In this document: positions 1 through 9,410 of the stretch, piece by piece
Layout of the letters: every line of letters starts with the position of its first letter
Numbering within the stretch: position 1 is the stretch's first letter
DNA from: a virus
IMG/VR virus record: IMGVR_UViG_3300009514_000016
Span: 16,186-80,185 of that record
DNA length: 64,000 nucleotides
Reading direction: 5' to 3' (one strand)
Position numbers and translations under genes: made by a program
The notes under the pieces: generated by a model
Told to the model about the DNA's origin: nothing
The model's database searches: none
Seen by the model: only the letters and a program-made list of their open reading frames with translations

Positions 1-103
1 ATTTGGAGTCGTCATGAATCGAACAAATCCGCCAGTTAGCATATCGCGAGTGTAACCATGATTGGTCCAGATCAAATATGATAAAGTCATGGTTATAAAA
101 AAC

Positions 104-1384
104 AGGGACAATCAGGAACACTGATTATCATTATTTTTCATTTTTCTTTCTTTTGCAGCCCAGGGACCATAACAGGATTATTTAATCCTTCCACCTGAGA
201 AAAACAAGAATTTCCATCACTATTCTGTGACTTGAGAATCTCCTCCTGCAACCGCTTCTGCGTTCTTCTTAACAAATTAAGTGATCCCACATAATCTGCG
301 TCAGCTTTATGTCCGCATTGTTTGCAATGAAAACTCTCCTTACTCCTGTTCTTAATGGACTCCCAACCACAAAGCGGACATATCCTGGAAGTGTTTTTTG
401 GATCAACCTCTAAAAGATGAACACGGTTCTCTTCTGACTTGTTTCTGATCCTCATTACCACCTGAGAATATGCCCATGGGGCCATCTGTTTTCTTAACTT
501 CTTATAACTCTTCTTTGAAGTGTTCTTCTTCAAATTTGTCAAATCTTCAATTCCTAAAACCTGGATTTCATCCCAAGGGAGATTCTTAATAACCTTAGCA
601 ATATAGTCATCTCTCCTCTTAATGGCTCTCCTTTTAGCTATGGAACCTTGCTTCTTTCTAGCAACAGCTTGACATAGTTCCTTAATTTTTATTCCATATC
701 TCCTATTCTTATTGTCAACACAGAGTTTATTATAACCAAGGTCAATTGCTAAAGTGTCTCCCTTAGTCTTTAATGGAGTGTCAGGAACTTCAACAAATAA
801 ACTGATATATTTATTGGATAACTGACAACCTTGAAGCAGTTTAGCCCCTGGTTTCTTTAACCACCTGTTTAGTGCTCTATTTGATTTAATAGGAACTTCA
901 ATTGGAGAACCTTTTTTCATTCCAGAGATTCTAACACAATAATCAAAGTGTTCTTGTCTAAATTTTTCAACTTTGCAAGTGTTTATAGAAAGTCTGATTG
1001 CTCCTTCAACTTTTGGAACAGAAGCTTTAACTTTTAGTGCTTTTGCTGATTTCTTTGTGGAAATAACAGTTTCCAAAGAAAATTTTAATGCTTCAGTCTT
1101 TTGCCTATAACCAAGAGAGCCAGAATTTAATCTTTTCAATGTTTTAGCATCTAGCTTCCCTTTTTCTATCCAAAGAGAGGGAATATAAGAATTCACTGCA
1201 TGAAGAAGCTCTCTTCTATAAGCTTGAAGAGCTTTCTTTTTCTCTTGAGTTAGATGGGATATGGATATTTTAAAACTTCTTAACATAGTGTGTTTATTAT
1301 ACAATGGATTATTTTGCGGAAAGTGAAAACAAGGAACGTTCCTTATTGTGAGATTTTTGTCTTAGATTGTCCTTATTTGTCCCT
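104..1384 (-). mobile_element. Non-autonomous TnpB-only insertion element with imperfect inverted ends
   Basis: AGGGACAA at 104-111 (+) is inverted at 1377-1384 (TTGTCCCT). The upstream end has short GACAA repeats. No transposase gene between the ends. Confidence 0.5.
138..1286 (-). CDS. tnpB: TnpB RNA-guided endonuclease (IS200/IS605/IS607-type)
   Basis: RuvC-I LAIDLGYNKL, RuvC-II GIEDLTNL, VDPKNTSRICPLCG...CKQCG zinc ribbon, RuvC-III DADYVGSLNL. Likely start is the ATG at 1286, 9 nt after a GTATAAT box (ORF track starts at 1304). Confidence 0.93.
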   Translation of the reverse strand: MLRSFKISISHLTQEKKKALQAYRRELLHAVNSYIPSLWIEKGKLDAKTLKRLNSGSLGYRQKTEALKFSLETVISTKKSAKALKVKASVPKVEGAIRLSINTCKVEKFRQEHFDYCVRISGMKKGSPIEVPIKSNRALNRWLKKPGAKLLQGCQLSNKYISLFVEVPDTPLKTKGDTLAIDLGYNKLCVDNKNRRYGIKIKELCQAVARKKQGSIAKRRAIKRRDDYIAKVIKNLPWDEIQVLGIEDLTNLKKNTSKKSYKKLRKQMAPWAYSQVVMRIRNKSEENRVHLLEVDPKNTSRICPLCGWESIKNRSKESFHCKQCGHKADADYVGSLNLLRRTQKRLQEEILKSQNSDGNSCFSQVEGLNNPVMVPGLQKKEK

Positions 1385-1580
1385 ATTTTGGAAAACTGTA
1401 AGTCATGCTGTTATCTGGATTAGTTTTGTTTTCAAAAACCTTGTCAACAATATGAATGCGAGAAAAGGCTTCTTCAGAAAGAATCAAATCTCCATTATAA
1501 ATGATGGTGTGATCTTTAAGGAAACATATCCCATCGCCTGTTTTAAGATAGAATGGATATATCAGCGCTATTGTCTGCAT
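1383..1580 (-). CDS. Hypothetical protein, possibly truncated by the TnpB element
   Basis: 65-aa ORF with AGGA SD; its TAG stop coincides with the putative element end. Confidence 0.45.
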   Translation of the reverse strand: MQTIALIYPFYLKTGDGICFLKDHTIIYNGDLILSEEAFSRIHIVDKVFENKTNPDNSMTYSFPK

Positions 1581-1709
1581 TATATGTCCTAATTGAAGTC
1601 TATTAATTTAAGCGATTTTCTGTTCATTTTTCCTTCATTTTAGAAGATGATTTTTGAAAAACATAAAGAATATATGAGAATATAGACATATTGCGGAAAA
1701 TCCTCAAAA

Positions 1710-2654
1710 ATGAACAACTGGCCAAATAACTGGTATAGTCAATTCAATAAAATAGCTCAATCTCGTGGTGCTTTGCAAGACATAATCGATGTGCAGAATA
1801 TATTTATTGATTCATTTGCTGAAACCGGGAAAATTGATCAAAAACTGCAGCAATCTATCGTTGATCCTGTTGTTGAAAATTCTGTGCGCGAATTGAGCGC
1901 ATCAGTGTCTCAATGGATAGATGATGTTCTGTCTCAAACAAATCAGTGGACGCGCGGAGATCAGAGAGATTTGTCTGTATCAGACTTGAATGTCACTTTA
2001 GAGCATAGTTGGGCGAATGCTATGAGAGAATCAAATACTTTTTATATAAATTTTTCATCTCCAATAACTAATAAAAATAGAGATTCATTATTGCGGATTA
2101 GCGAGATGACTCCCCCAGGAATGGTGGAAGGATATTCCAGCAGAGAATCGATTAGGACATATGATTTTGTAGAATTCAATATCAGAATACTTATAAAAAG
2201 CATATTGACAAGCATGATGTCTGAATCAATTAACGTATCTGGCAAGGGCGTCTATAGCGCATACGAAAAGTTTCTTGAGAAATGGATCATTCCGAATGTG
2301 AGCACAGAATATTATCCGCCAAATCCAAATAAACCCGGAGAAAAGATGCGCCCACATGGTCAACAAACTCATTTGTGGCATTTGGTTCATAAGCAGTTTC
2401 TTCCATCAAAAATATGGGATCTGATAGAAAAATACGGATTCAACATGACAGTCAGAGGAGATCATTCTTCCCTGTCATATAAAAGCCAGAGAACTAAAGC
2501 GCCATACAGATACGATCCAAGAAAAGGCACAACTGATTTCATTAAATTTCCAAGCATGGCAAATAAATGGGCGGAAAATAAAATGATAACAGACAATGAT
2601 AAAGTGAAGCTCATTAGTTTTATTCAGGAGGCAATGGATATCAAAGATGAGTAA
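1710..2654 (+). CDS. Hypothetical protein with N-terminal NWY tag (putative internal head protein)
   Basis: Starts MNNWPNNWYSQFNKIAQ; weak similarity to 3380 and 62567 ORFs. Confidence 0.75.
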   Translation: MNNWPNNWYSQFNKIAQSRGALQDIIDVQNIFIDSFAETGKIDQKLQQSIVDPVVENSVRELSASVSQWIDDVLSQTNQWTRGDQRDLSVSDLNVTLEHSWANAMRESNTFYINFSSPITNKNRDSLLRISEMTPPGMVEGYSSRESIRTYDFVEFNIRILIKSILTSMMSESINVSGKGVYSAYEKFLEKWIIPNVSTEYYPPNPNKPGEKMRPHGQQTHLWHLVHKQFLPSKIWDLIEKYGFNMTVRGDHSSLSYKSQRTKAPYRYDPRKGTTDFIKFPSMANKWAENKMITDNDKVKLISFIQEAMDIKDE

Positions 2655-3378
2655 CTGGTACAACATATTTAATCACAAAATGGCTCAAAACACTTCTTCA
2701 TACCCATATGAGAAAAATCCATTTAGCCTATCCAAAAGAGAAGTGGAACAACTCATGCATGACGCCAACAGAGATGTCGCTGATAAAGTCGCTGTCAACT
2801 CTGTGGGATCTCTATCTGAAAGAGATCTGGGATCCATAATGCAAGGAGGCGAGGATACTGTCAATGATATGTTTGATGAATTTATAAAAATTAAAGCTTC
2901 ATGGAGCGGCGGAATCATCCAAATATATATAAAAACTCCAGATCCCGCAAAAGAAGATCATATCACCCTTTACCTTAATGATATGGGAGTCGATGACGAA
3001 ACAGAGTTAGCTAATTATCTCCATGGCGCTGTATATGGGATGATTGTTCAATTTGTGTCCGATATGCACATTCAATACTCAACCGATGATATTCAAGGGG
3101 CAATTGACGATTTCTATAGCGGTGTAAGGCCATCTGATCTATCTTCTAAGGAAACACCCGAATATGAAGCGGAAATGCCACAGGAGGCCCCACAAGAGCC
3201 TGCAAAGGCTAAAAAACCATGGTATCACGAATATCTCAAGCAAGAACTAGAACACCAAAGAATTCAAGACAAAACATTTGAAGAAAAACTCATAGAAGAG
3301 ACTAAAGGAGACAAATTAGAGCAACAATTGCGGGAGTGGGAAGCTAAGGGATATATTTCAAGAAGACCTAGACGATAA
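2647..3378 (+). CDS. Hypothetical acidic protein with N-terminal NWY tag
   Basis: Starts MSNWYNIFNHKMAQ; overlaps the upstream stop. Confidence 0.75.
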   Translation: MSNWYNIFNHKMAQNTSSYPYEKNPFSLSKREVEQLMHDANRDVADKVAVNSVGSLSERDLGSIMQGGEDTVNDMFDEFIKIKASWSGGIIQIYIKTPDPAKEDHITLYLNDMGVDDETELANYLHGAVYGMIVQFVSDMHIQYSTDDIQGAIDDFYSGVRPSDLSSKETPEYEAEMPQEAPQEPAKAKKPWYHEYLKQELEHQRIQDKTFEEKLIEETKGDKLEQQLREWEAKGYISRRPRR

Positions 3379-3379
3379 A

Positions 3380-4357
3380 ATGAATAACTGGTATCTCAAA
3401 TTCATCAAACTGGCGCAAGAAGAAAAGTCTCCAACATGGCAAGATGAATTCGCTGATATTAAAGATCGTTTCAGCGTCGCTCACGATATGATGGCAGAAA
3501 AAGGCCACCAAACCTTTCAAGACCCCATGGTCACTGATCTTACAAATATTGATTATATATCAGAACAATTCTTAAATCAACACACTAGCGAAATTTTAGA
3601 CAAAATAGAAACACTAAAAAGAAGTTACCAAAACCAAACAAATATCAATGATGAACCACAAGAAATGCCAGATGCTTGGATTGGACCCTATCACGAAGAA
3701 GAAATAACATATCCAGAAGCCAGAGGAAGATTAATGTTTAATTTGCCGCTAATGAATTACAACATAAGCATCAATATGGATATGTATATTGACGAACACC
3801 CATCAACATTTGCTTGGAATCCTAATAATTCATATTTTTCACTTGCAGCAGATTTCACTTCAGAACCAGTTTTATCTAAGAAAGCATTCGAAGGAGAACG
3901 CGGAGGAAGCTCAATAGTTCATATCCCATACACCTTAGCTAATGAAAAATATATAAAGCCATACCTGAAAAATCTAATAAATGGATCAGTTCATAGCTAC
4001 ATCAATCGAAATAGCAACGCACTTCAAGATATGCTCCAATCAAAAGCACCTGATCAACATATCGGAAACCTAAATAAAAACAACCAAATGCTAATGAATA
4101 TAGCATGGAAATTCAATGAAGCAAATACTAATAATTGCACTCCAGAAATTCTAGATGGACAATTAGATGGATTGCAACTGGCCGCAGAAATATGCGAACA
4201 CCCATATATCAGAAAAATCTACAATGACCACATCAATCCTGACGATAGGCGAGAATCTATCTATGTTAGCAGCCTGTGGTCTCTCCCATATTCTGTTTTT
4301 GTGCATTTAGTTCACTGGATGGAAGAATTTATCAATAAGAATTCTGGGCCATCCTAA
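3380..4357 (+). CDS. Hypothetical protein with NWY tag; paralogue of 62567..63415
   Basis: Starts MNNWYLKFIKLAQ; shares AEKGH and SLP..V..H...M...IN blocks with 62567. Confidence 0.8.
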   Translation: MNNWYLKFIKLAQEEKSPTWQDEFADIKDRFSVAHDMMAEKGHQTFQDPMVTDLTNIDYISEQFLNQHTSEILDKIETLKRSYQNQTNINDEPQEMPDAWIGPYHEEEITYPEARGRLMFNLPLMNYNISINMDMYIDEHPSTFAWNPNNSYFSLAADFTSEPVLSKKAFEGERGGSSIVHIPYTLANEKYIKPYLKNLINGSVHSYINRNSNALQDMLQSKAPDQHIGNLNKNNQMLMNIAWKFNEANTNNCTPEILDGQLDGLQLAAEICEHPYIRKIYNDHINPDDRRESIYVSSLWSLPYSVFVHLVHWMEEFINKNSGPS

Positions 4358-4902
4358 ATCTCTAATTGTTCATACCTGTCAACATCTTCAATAAAAGACT
4401 CAATTAACTCAACCTCAATTAGATTTGTACTACACATGTCTTCTGCGACGCTTGCGTCCATTGATGCTAGTTTTTCTTCTTTGCTTTTTGATTTATGTTT
4501 TACACAAGTTCCATATTTATCGTGAGGCAAAGTAGTGTTATTTGGTAAGAAACACACATTTTTGCAAAACCAAAAATATTCGACAATTGGCCAAGGTCGG
4601 TATTCTTCTTTTTGTTCTGATTTAGAAAGTATATATGTGAATCTCACAAAACTAATAAAACCAATCAAGCATATTATTGCGCCGCTAATGGAAATTATAG
4701 AATAATTTCCCGATGTTAACATGCAAGATATGATACCTATAGTAAAAAAGGTTAATACTACATAAAAACCCTCGAATTCCCCCTGAGGTGTTGTTTTATC
4801 AACAGAGTTTTTGATTCTATAATATATTATTATAGGAATTGTCACCGGAAGTAACATTATTCTCACCCAAAAACATAGAAAATCCAATATTATTCTCATC
4901 AT
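4354..4902 (-). CDS. Membrane protein with C-terminal LEI tag
   Basis: Three hydrophobic segments; ends RYEQLEI. Confidence 0.75.
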   Translation of the reverse strand: MMRIILDFLCFWVRIMLLPVTIPIIIYYRIKNSVDKTTPQGEFEGFYVVLTFFTIGIISCMLTSGNYSIISISGAIICLIGFISFVRFTYILSKSEQKEEYRPWPIVEYFWFCKNVCFLPNNTTLPHDKYGTCVKHKSKSKEEKLASMDASVAEDMCSTNLIEVELIESFIEDVDRYEQLEI

Positions 4903-5378
4903 ATCTCTAAATTCCCATAAGTTGTTGGTTTGAATTCTTTGATTTCTATTTCTTTGCTTTTAATGTCATTGTTTATTTGCTCATCAATTGTTGCATCTTG
5001 ACAAAAATTGAAATTGTTTTTCTCAAGAATTTTAAAAACATCGTCATATTTAGCTCTAATAATTACATTTTTATCAGTCAAAATAGCCAAATATTTGAAA
5101 CCCAAAACATTTGAGGAATAAATTTTATTTATAGTTGCTTTATATTTACAGTTTATAGCGCCATCATCATTGCTAATATACCTATCAAAAATATTGCTTA
5201 TTTCGCTGGCTTCAATTTTAGCAAGCTTCATGTTTTCATCGTAAAAATAATATCTTAAAATGTCAATATGAATAACGTCGGATGGACCCAATTCATGAGC
5301 ATAAAACGCTTCTGAAATAATCTGGACAGTCTTATGTGGAAGACTCCTATACGCACAGCGATACACTTGATTTGTCAT
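4899..5378 (-). CDS. Hypothetical protein with C-terminal LEI tag
   Basis: GAGGA SD; ends TYGNLEI. Confidence 0.75.
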   Translation of the reverse strand: MTNQVYRCAYRSLPHKTVQIISEAFYAHELGPSDVIHIDILRYYFYDENMKLAKIEASEISNIFDRYISNDDGAINCKYKATINKIYSSNVLGFKYLAILTDKNVIIRAKYDDVFKILEKNNFNFCQDATIDEQINNDIKSKEIEIKEFKPTTYGNLEI

Positions 5379-5395
5379 CTGTTCCTCATTATTCG

Positions 5396-5680
5396 CTAAT
5401 TTTCTTTTCTCATTGCATAAACTTCCTCACCAGTTTGCAATGCGTCGCACAATTCTCTAGCCATGCCAACAGCGTAATCTATGTCATGTGGAAAACTATC
5501 AATATCATCCAGGTGGTCTTTATTTACAAATTTACTCTTAAGGGCATTGTTAATATATGATATTAGATCTTTGGCGTTTTGTTTTGCTTGTTTCAGCCAA
5601 TCTTTCACTTCGCTGTCAAGAATTTTGTAGTTTCTTTTGTCTTCTTCAGTTTCTAATTTATAGAATAATTCTTCGCTCAT
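5396..5680 (-). CDS. Hypothetical helical protein
   Basis: GGAG SD and upstream GTATAAT. Confidence 0.7.
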   Translation of the reverse strand: MSEELFYKLETEEDKRNYKILDSEVKDWLKQAKQNAKDLISYINNALKSKFVNKDHLDDIDSFPHDIDYAVGMARELCDALQTGEEVYAMRKEN

Positions 5681-5709
5681 GATAGTCTCCGCATATAGTC
5701 TACAAATTT

Positions 5710-5716
5710 ATTATAC
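5710..5716 (-). promoter_or_regulatory. GTATAAT sigma70-like -10 element (representative of 11 copies)
   Basis: Same 7-mer upstream of genes at 1296-1302, 9198-9204, 42719-42725, 43382-43388, 45034-45040, 54502-54508, 57134-57140, 58291-58297, 60673-60679 (all -) and 46380-46386 (+). Confidence 0.7.
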
Positions 5717-5780
5717 CGGATATGGATTGAGGATAAAATTTTATTGCTATTACTGTTGGTTTTCTATTGAATGGTTGTTA

Positions 5781-6449
5781 CTATATTTCTAAAACTCCAT
5801 ACATGCCATTTGCAAGTTTTCTACTTATTATGGTCAAAAATCCTTTTTTATGATCTATAAAATTATCTTTATTATAATAAGGAATGCACAGGCGTCGCTC
5901 GCTATCGTCTAAGTCATTTTTTATGCTAAGTCTTTTACCAATGTCATAGCCAGACAGCGAATTCTGCAACTCAAGCCACATACGTTTACATTTAAAATAA
6001 AGACCTATATACTCTTTCATTAGTTTGGTCCCATTAAAATTAAATACATATATTAGATCCCCTCCCAAGATATTGTCATGTATATATGTTATTTTATTGT
6101 GTGGTTTGATCTCTTTTAGCGAATTTTTATTGTCCTCATGGCTTAGTGCTATATGGCATTTAGCTATTATTTTGCTTACATCGGTAGACGAATAAGTAAA
6201 GTTGCAATGTTGTTCTTTCATGCAGTATTCAGTAAAATAACTTTTTATCACATATGGAACAGCGTACGTCAGAATGTCCTTTTTTATCGCCTTATAGGGA
6301 ATTGCGTTTTCTAATTTTATTTGACCGCTCTGATCGAATTTGATGTCATCATATTGGTTTTCGTTGAAAAATTCTTGTATCATAGAATGAGTATTGCGTG
6401 GCAGTAATTCGTTAAATTTGCTAGTATATTGTTGCACAATGCCGCTCAT
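5781..6449 (-). CDS. Hypothetical protein with C-terminal LEI tag
   Basis: AGGAG SD; ends MYGVLEI. Confidence 0.75.
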   Translation of the reverse strand: MSGIVQQYTSKFNELLPRNTHSMIQEFFNENQYDDIKFDQSGQIKLENAIPYKAIKKDILTYAVPYVIKSYFTEYCMKEQHCNFTYSSTDVSKIIAKCHIALSHEDNKNSLKEIKPHNKITYIHDNILGGDLIYVFNFNGTKLMKEYIGLYFKCKRMWLELQNSLSGYDIGKRLSIKNDLDDSERRLCIPYYNKDNFIDHKKGFLTIISRKLANGMYGVLEI

Positions 6450-6469
6450 AGTATCTCCTATAAAAAAAT

Positions 6470-6505
6470 ATTAGTGAATCTCAAAATTCTCAGATTAGTG
6501 AATCT
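6470..6505. repeat. 12-bp direct repeat ATTAGTGAATCT (2 copies), possible operator
   Basis: Copies at 6470-6481 and 6494-6505 in the intergenic gap. Confidence 0.5.
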
Positions 6506-6532
6506 TGGAATTAACAATTAGATTATCTATAT

Positions 6533-7978
6533 CTAGTTTCTAATAGAATATTCCTTTTTCCAAATTAATATATCGATATTCCTGTCCTCGCGTGTTTTGC
6601 GAAGATATTCTCTCCTTTGCGTCGCAAAGGGAATTGTCTCATGAAAAACAATCCCGCACTTCTCTGCTATTTTCTTGCAATCATCAACTAAATTATACTT
6701 TCTTCTGATATCCTCAACATATAGCCCAAAATATCCGCCATCCCGAACATGCTCAACACTTTTAGAGATGAACGGTTCCACAAAATTGGAAAGCCACTCT
6801 GAATAATCGCTGGATGGCGTCACTCCCTTATACTTTTCCACATCCAAAAATGGCGGGGAAGTAAAAACTAAATCAAAACAATCTGAAACCCTATCCAACT
6901 CCTCCAAACAATCGCCATGAATCACTGACAAATCCATATCAATCTGCTTTCTAATGAACTCTGCAGTTTTATTCAAGCCACTCACAGTGTCTGGAGACAA
7001 GTCTATGCCAACATACTTAGAAATCCCAGAAGCGGAAAATCCCAACATCCGACCACTAAACCCCGCACAAGGATCTAAAACCGATATGTGCTCATCACCA
7101 AATAAATGATGCTTAATCATCTTGGCAACTCTCGGAGGAAAATTGTTGACAGTTCCAGCCTTATTCTCTGTTCTGCAAATTTCTCTAATTCTACTGATAT
7201 TCACTTTTGGATAACGAGCCAAAACCTTTCTAATGCCCCTCTTGAAATCTTTGTCAGAATTAAAAAACTCTAACGGAGACATTTTCCCTTTCCGATAACA
7301 CTCCATCATATGCGGATGAAAAGAACTGGCCAATCCGCTCCCAACTCCATCCCACCTATAGTTGTCTGCTTTAGGAATGTAGTCATAGATCGTTTTCCAC
7401 TTGGCTAACATTTGGTCGCCGCTAAAACGATAGTGGGGGAATCCGTGCTTGCGATACTCTTGAAATATTTCCTCAACCTGAGCATCCATCTTATTCTGAG
7501 TCTCCTCAGAATTTATTTTGCTCTTCAATTTTTCAATCTGATTGACAGCAATCTTATTGCCTTTGGAAATATCCACTTCATTGTTATTGCCCAGCCACAT
7601 GGCTATCTGCTTCTGATCCTTGGAAATAACATCAGCAATGTCAACTTCAACAACGTCTTCTTTCATAACATTGCCACATGTCAAGGGAAAACCTGGAAAC
7701 CGAGATTGATATTCCGCCGCAGAGATATTGTGAACCTTCAAATGCCCAGTGTCATTCAACATCTTAAAAGGATGTTGGCATATCTGACACAAAATATAAT
7801 CCTGACCCAACACTCCATATTTTGACAAATAAGAGTTTTTATCTAACACTTTCTCTCTGACTTTGAGACGCTGATAGCATTTCTTGCAGCGCCCCTTAGA
7901 GAAATGAGGATATTCAATCAATCCGCATTCAACACATTTGTCGTGTTTGCGACTCCATTTATTCATATGCGCATCCAT
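6533..7978 (-). CDS. DNA amino-methyltransferase (N4-C/N6-A) with N-terminal Zn-finger modules
   Basis: SAM motif VLDPCAGFSGR precedes catalytic DLVFTSPPF; N-terminal CxxC-H-CxxC and CxxC...HLKVH modules. Confidence 0.85.
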   Translation of the reverse strand: MDAHMNKWSRKHDKCVECGLIEYPHFSKGRCKKCYQRLKVREKVLDKNSYLSKYGVLGQDYILCQICQHPFKMLNDTGHLKVHNISAAEYQSRFPGFPLTCGNVMKEDVVEVDIADVISKDQKQIAMWLGNNNEVDISKGNKIAVNQIEKLKSKINSEETQNKMDAQVEEIFQEYRKHGFPHYRFSGDQMLAKWKTIYDYIPKADNYRWDGVGSGLASSFHPHMMECYRKGKMSPLEFFNSDKDFKRGIRKVLARYPKVNISRIREICRTENKAGTVNNFPPRVAKMIKHHLFGDEHISVLDPCAGFSGRMLGFSASGISKYVGIDLSPDTVSGLNKTAEFIRKQIDMDLSVIHGDCLEELDRVSDCFDLVFTSPPFLDVEKYKGVTPSSDYSEWLSNFVEPFISKSVEHVRDGGYFGLYVEDIRRKYNLVDDCKKIAEKCGIVFHETIPFATQRREYLRKTREDRNIDILIWKKEYSIRN

Positions 7979-7981
7979 AAA

Positions 7982-9145
7982 TTACTGTGATTCAGAAGTT
8001 AATTGCAAAGAATCTCTAAATTGTTTTAGTGCATCTTCTGCTGAATAGTCTTTAATTGGCAGTCCTAAATCTGGAAATAATTCGCATATTTCTTCCAAAT
8101 AAAAATCATTTCTTATATCATGGCCCCAAAATTTTATAGCATTCCATTCATGTTGGGCAAATTTTTTAAATCTCTTTTTGTCTAAAACAAAATTGCGCGC
8201 AACCCACCCATCTAGTTCATCGAATTCTTTTTTCCCAGAGAGGTATTCCCATCCATGCCAATAATCCCCCATAATTTCTATTATAATTTTCCTTTCTGGG
8301 TCGGCAAAATCAGTTGTGGCAAAATCCATAAAATTATACTGCCATACAATTTTAGGCGATTTTTCAGCATTTATATCTCCAATTTGAATGTGATATCCAC
8401 GATTCAGCATCCAATTGGCAAATTTTCTTTCAATTCCAGAGACTTTTTCAAAACCGCCTTCTCTATTTTTTTTGATCATTCTGGCTCTTTGAGCTTCGCA
8501 CTGCTCAGGGGAATTGATATATCCCCTAGTTTCTTTGAGTAATATTCTTCCAGCAGAAGTGGCTTCGCTTCTATAATCAAGAATTTTTTGAGCCATCATG
8601 GGATAATTAGGAAATTCATCTTTATATTCAGATGTCTTTATATTATGAATTTTTAGGTGCCCATAATCAGCGAGCCACAAAAATGGTTCATGACATATTC
8701 GGCAAATAACATAATCTTCATTTTCTACACCATCTTCCATTATTTCTGCATTTTTAGCTCTAGTTTTTTCTTTGCCTCTCTCGTTTTCAATTTCATTTCT
8801 ATGATCTTTATAGCATATTTCACACATTCCTAAAGACTTATGCGCATATTCTGTGCTTTTACATTGCACGCATTTCTTATGTTTTTTAGACCATTTTCCG
8901 TTTAAAGAATTCATACTGGGTTTTCCTGTTGTGATTTTTCGTAGATTCTCAGCCCCTTTGGAATAGAATTTTTTCATTTCCTCAGGCTTGTCCTTCATCC
9001 ATGATTCTCTTGTCGGCGCATTATGTTTTGCTTTATACTCTTTGGCGCTCATTCCATGAACTTGTCTAACATGACTCAAAATCGTTTTCTCTTGTTCGAA
9101 TCCACATTCTTCACATTTTAACATCTCATTATTCCTTTGTTTCAA
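7982..9145 (-). CDS. Zn-finger protein with C-terminal Vsr/DUF559-like endonuclease domain (homing-endonuclease-like)
   Basis: SGIERKF...DF...IIIEIMGDYWHG...D..R....W..IKFWGHDI nuclease signature; C2H2-like fingers (HVRQVHGM, HLKIHNI). Confidence 0.8.
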   Translation of the reverse strand: MKQRNNEMLKCEECGFEQEKTILSHVRQVHGMSAKEYKAKHNAPTRESWMKDKPEEMKKFYSKGAENLRKITTGKPSMNSLNGKWSKKHKKCVQCKSTEYAHKSLGMCEICYKDHRNEIENERGKEKTRAKNAEIMEDGVENEDYVICRICHEPFLWLADYGHLKIHNIKTSEYKDEFPNYPMMAQKILDYRSEATSAGRILLKETRGYINSPEQCEAQRARMIKKNREGGFEKVSGIERKFANWMLNRGYHIQIGDINAEKSPKIVWQYNFMDFATTDFADPERKIIIEIMGDYWHGWEYLSGKKEFDELDGWVARNFVLDKKRFKKFAQHEWNAIKFWGHDIRNDFYLEEICELFPDLGLPIKDYSAEDALKQFRDSLQLTSESQ

Positions 9146-9339
9146 AATTTGCGTCTTGGCGACTGATCATTAATTGCGTCAATTGCCTTGTGATTTCATT
9201 ATACTATTGATTTTTGGCATCCGTGAAAGAAAAATGATTTTCTCAAAGAAAAATATCGATCCGTCTACAAAAAAATATCTAGCCACTAGGCGTATCGATA
9301 TATGCGAATAAGACGTGTCGATATTTTTATTAAACAGTT

Positions 9340-9373
9340 AAAAAGAAAAGGGAGAGAACGAGTCTCTCCCTTT
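9340..9373 (-). terminator. Rho-independent terminator after the major capsid gene
   Basis: 11-bp stem AAAGGGAGAGA/TCTCTCCCTTT, 5-nt loop, U-rich tail on the minus strand. Confidence 0.85.
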
Positions 9374-9410
9374 CTAACTCCTTGATTTATAAGGACTTAC
9401 CTAGATCGGA

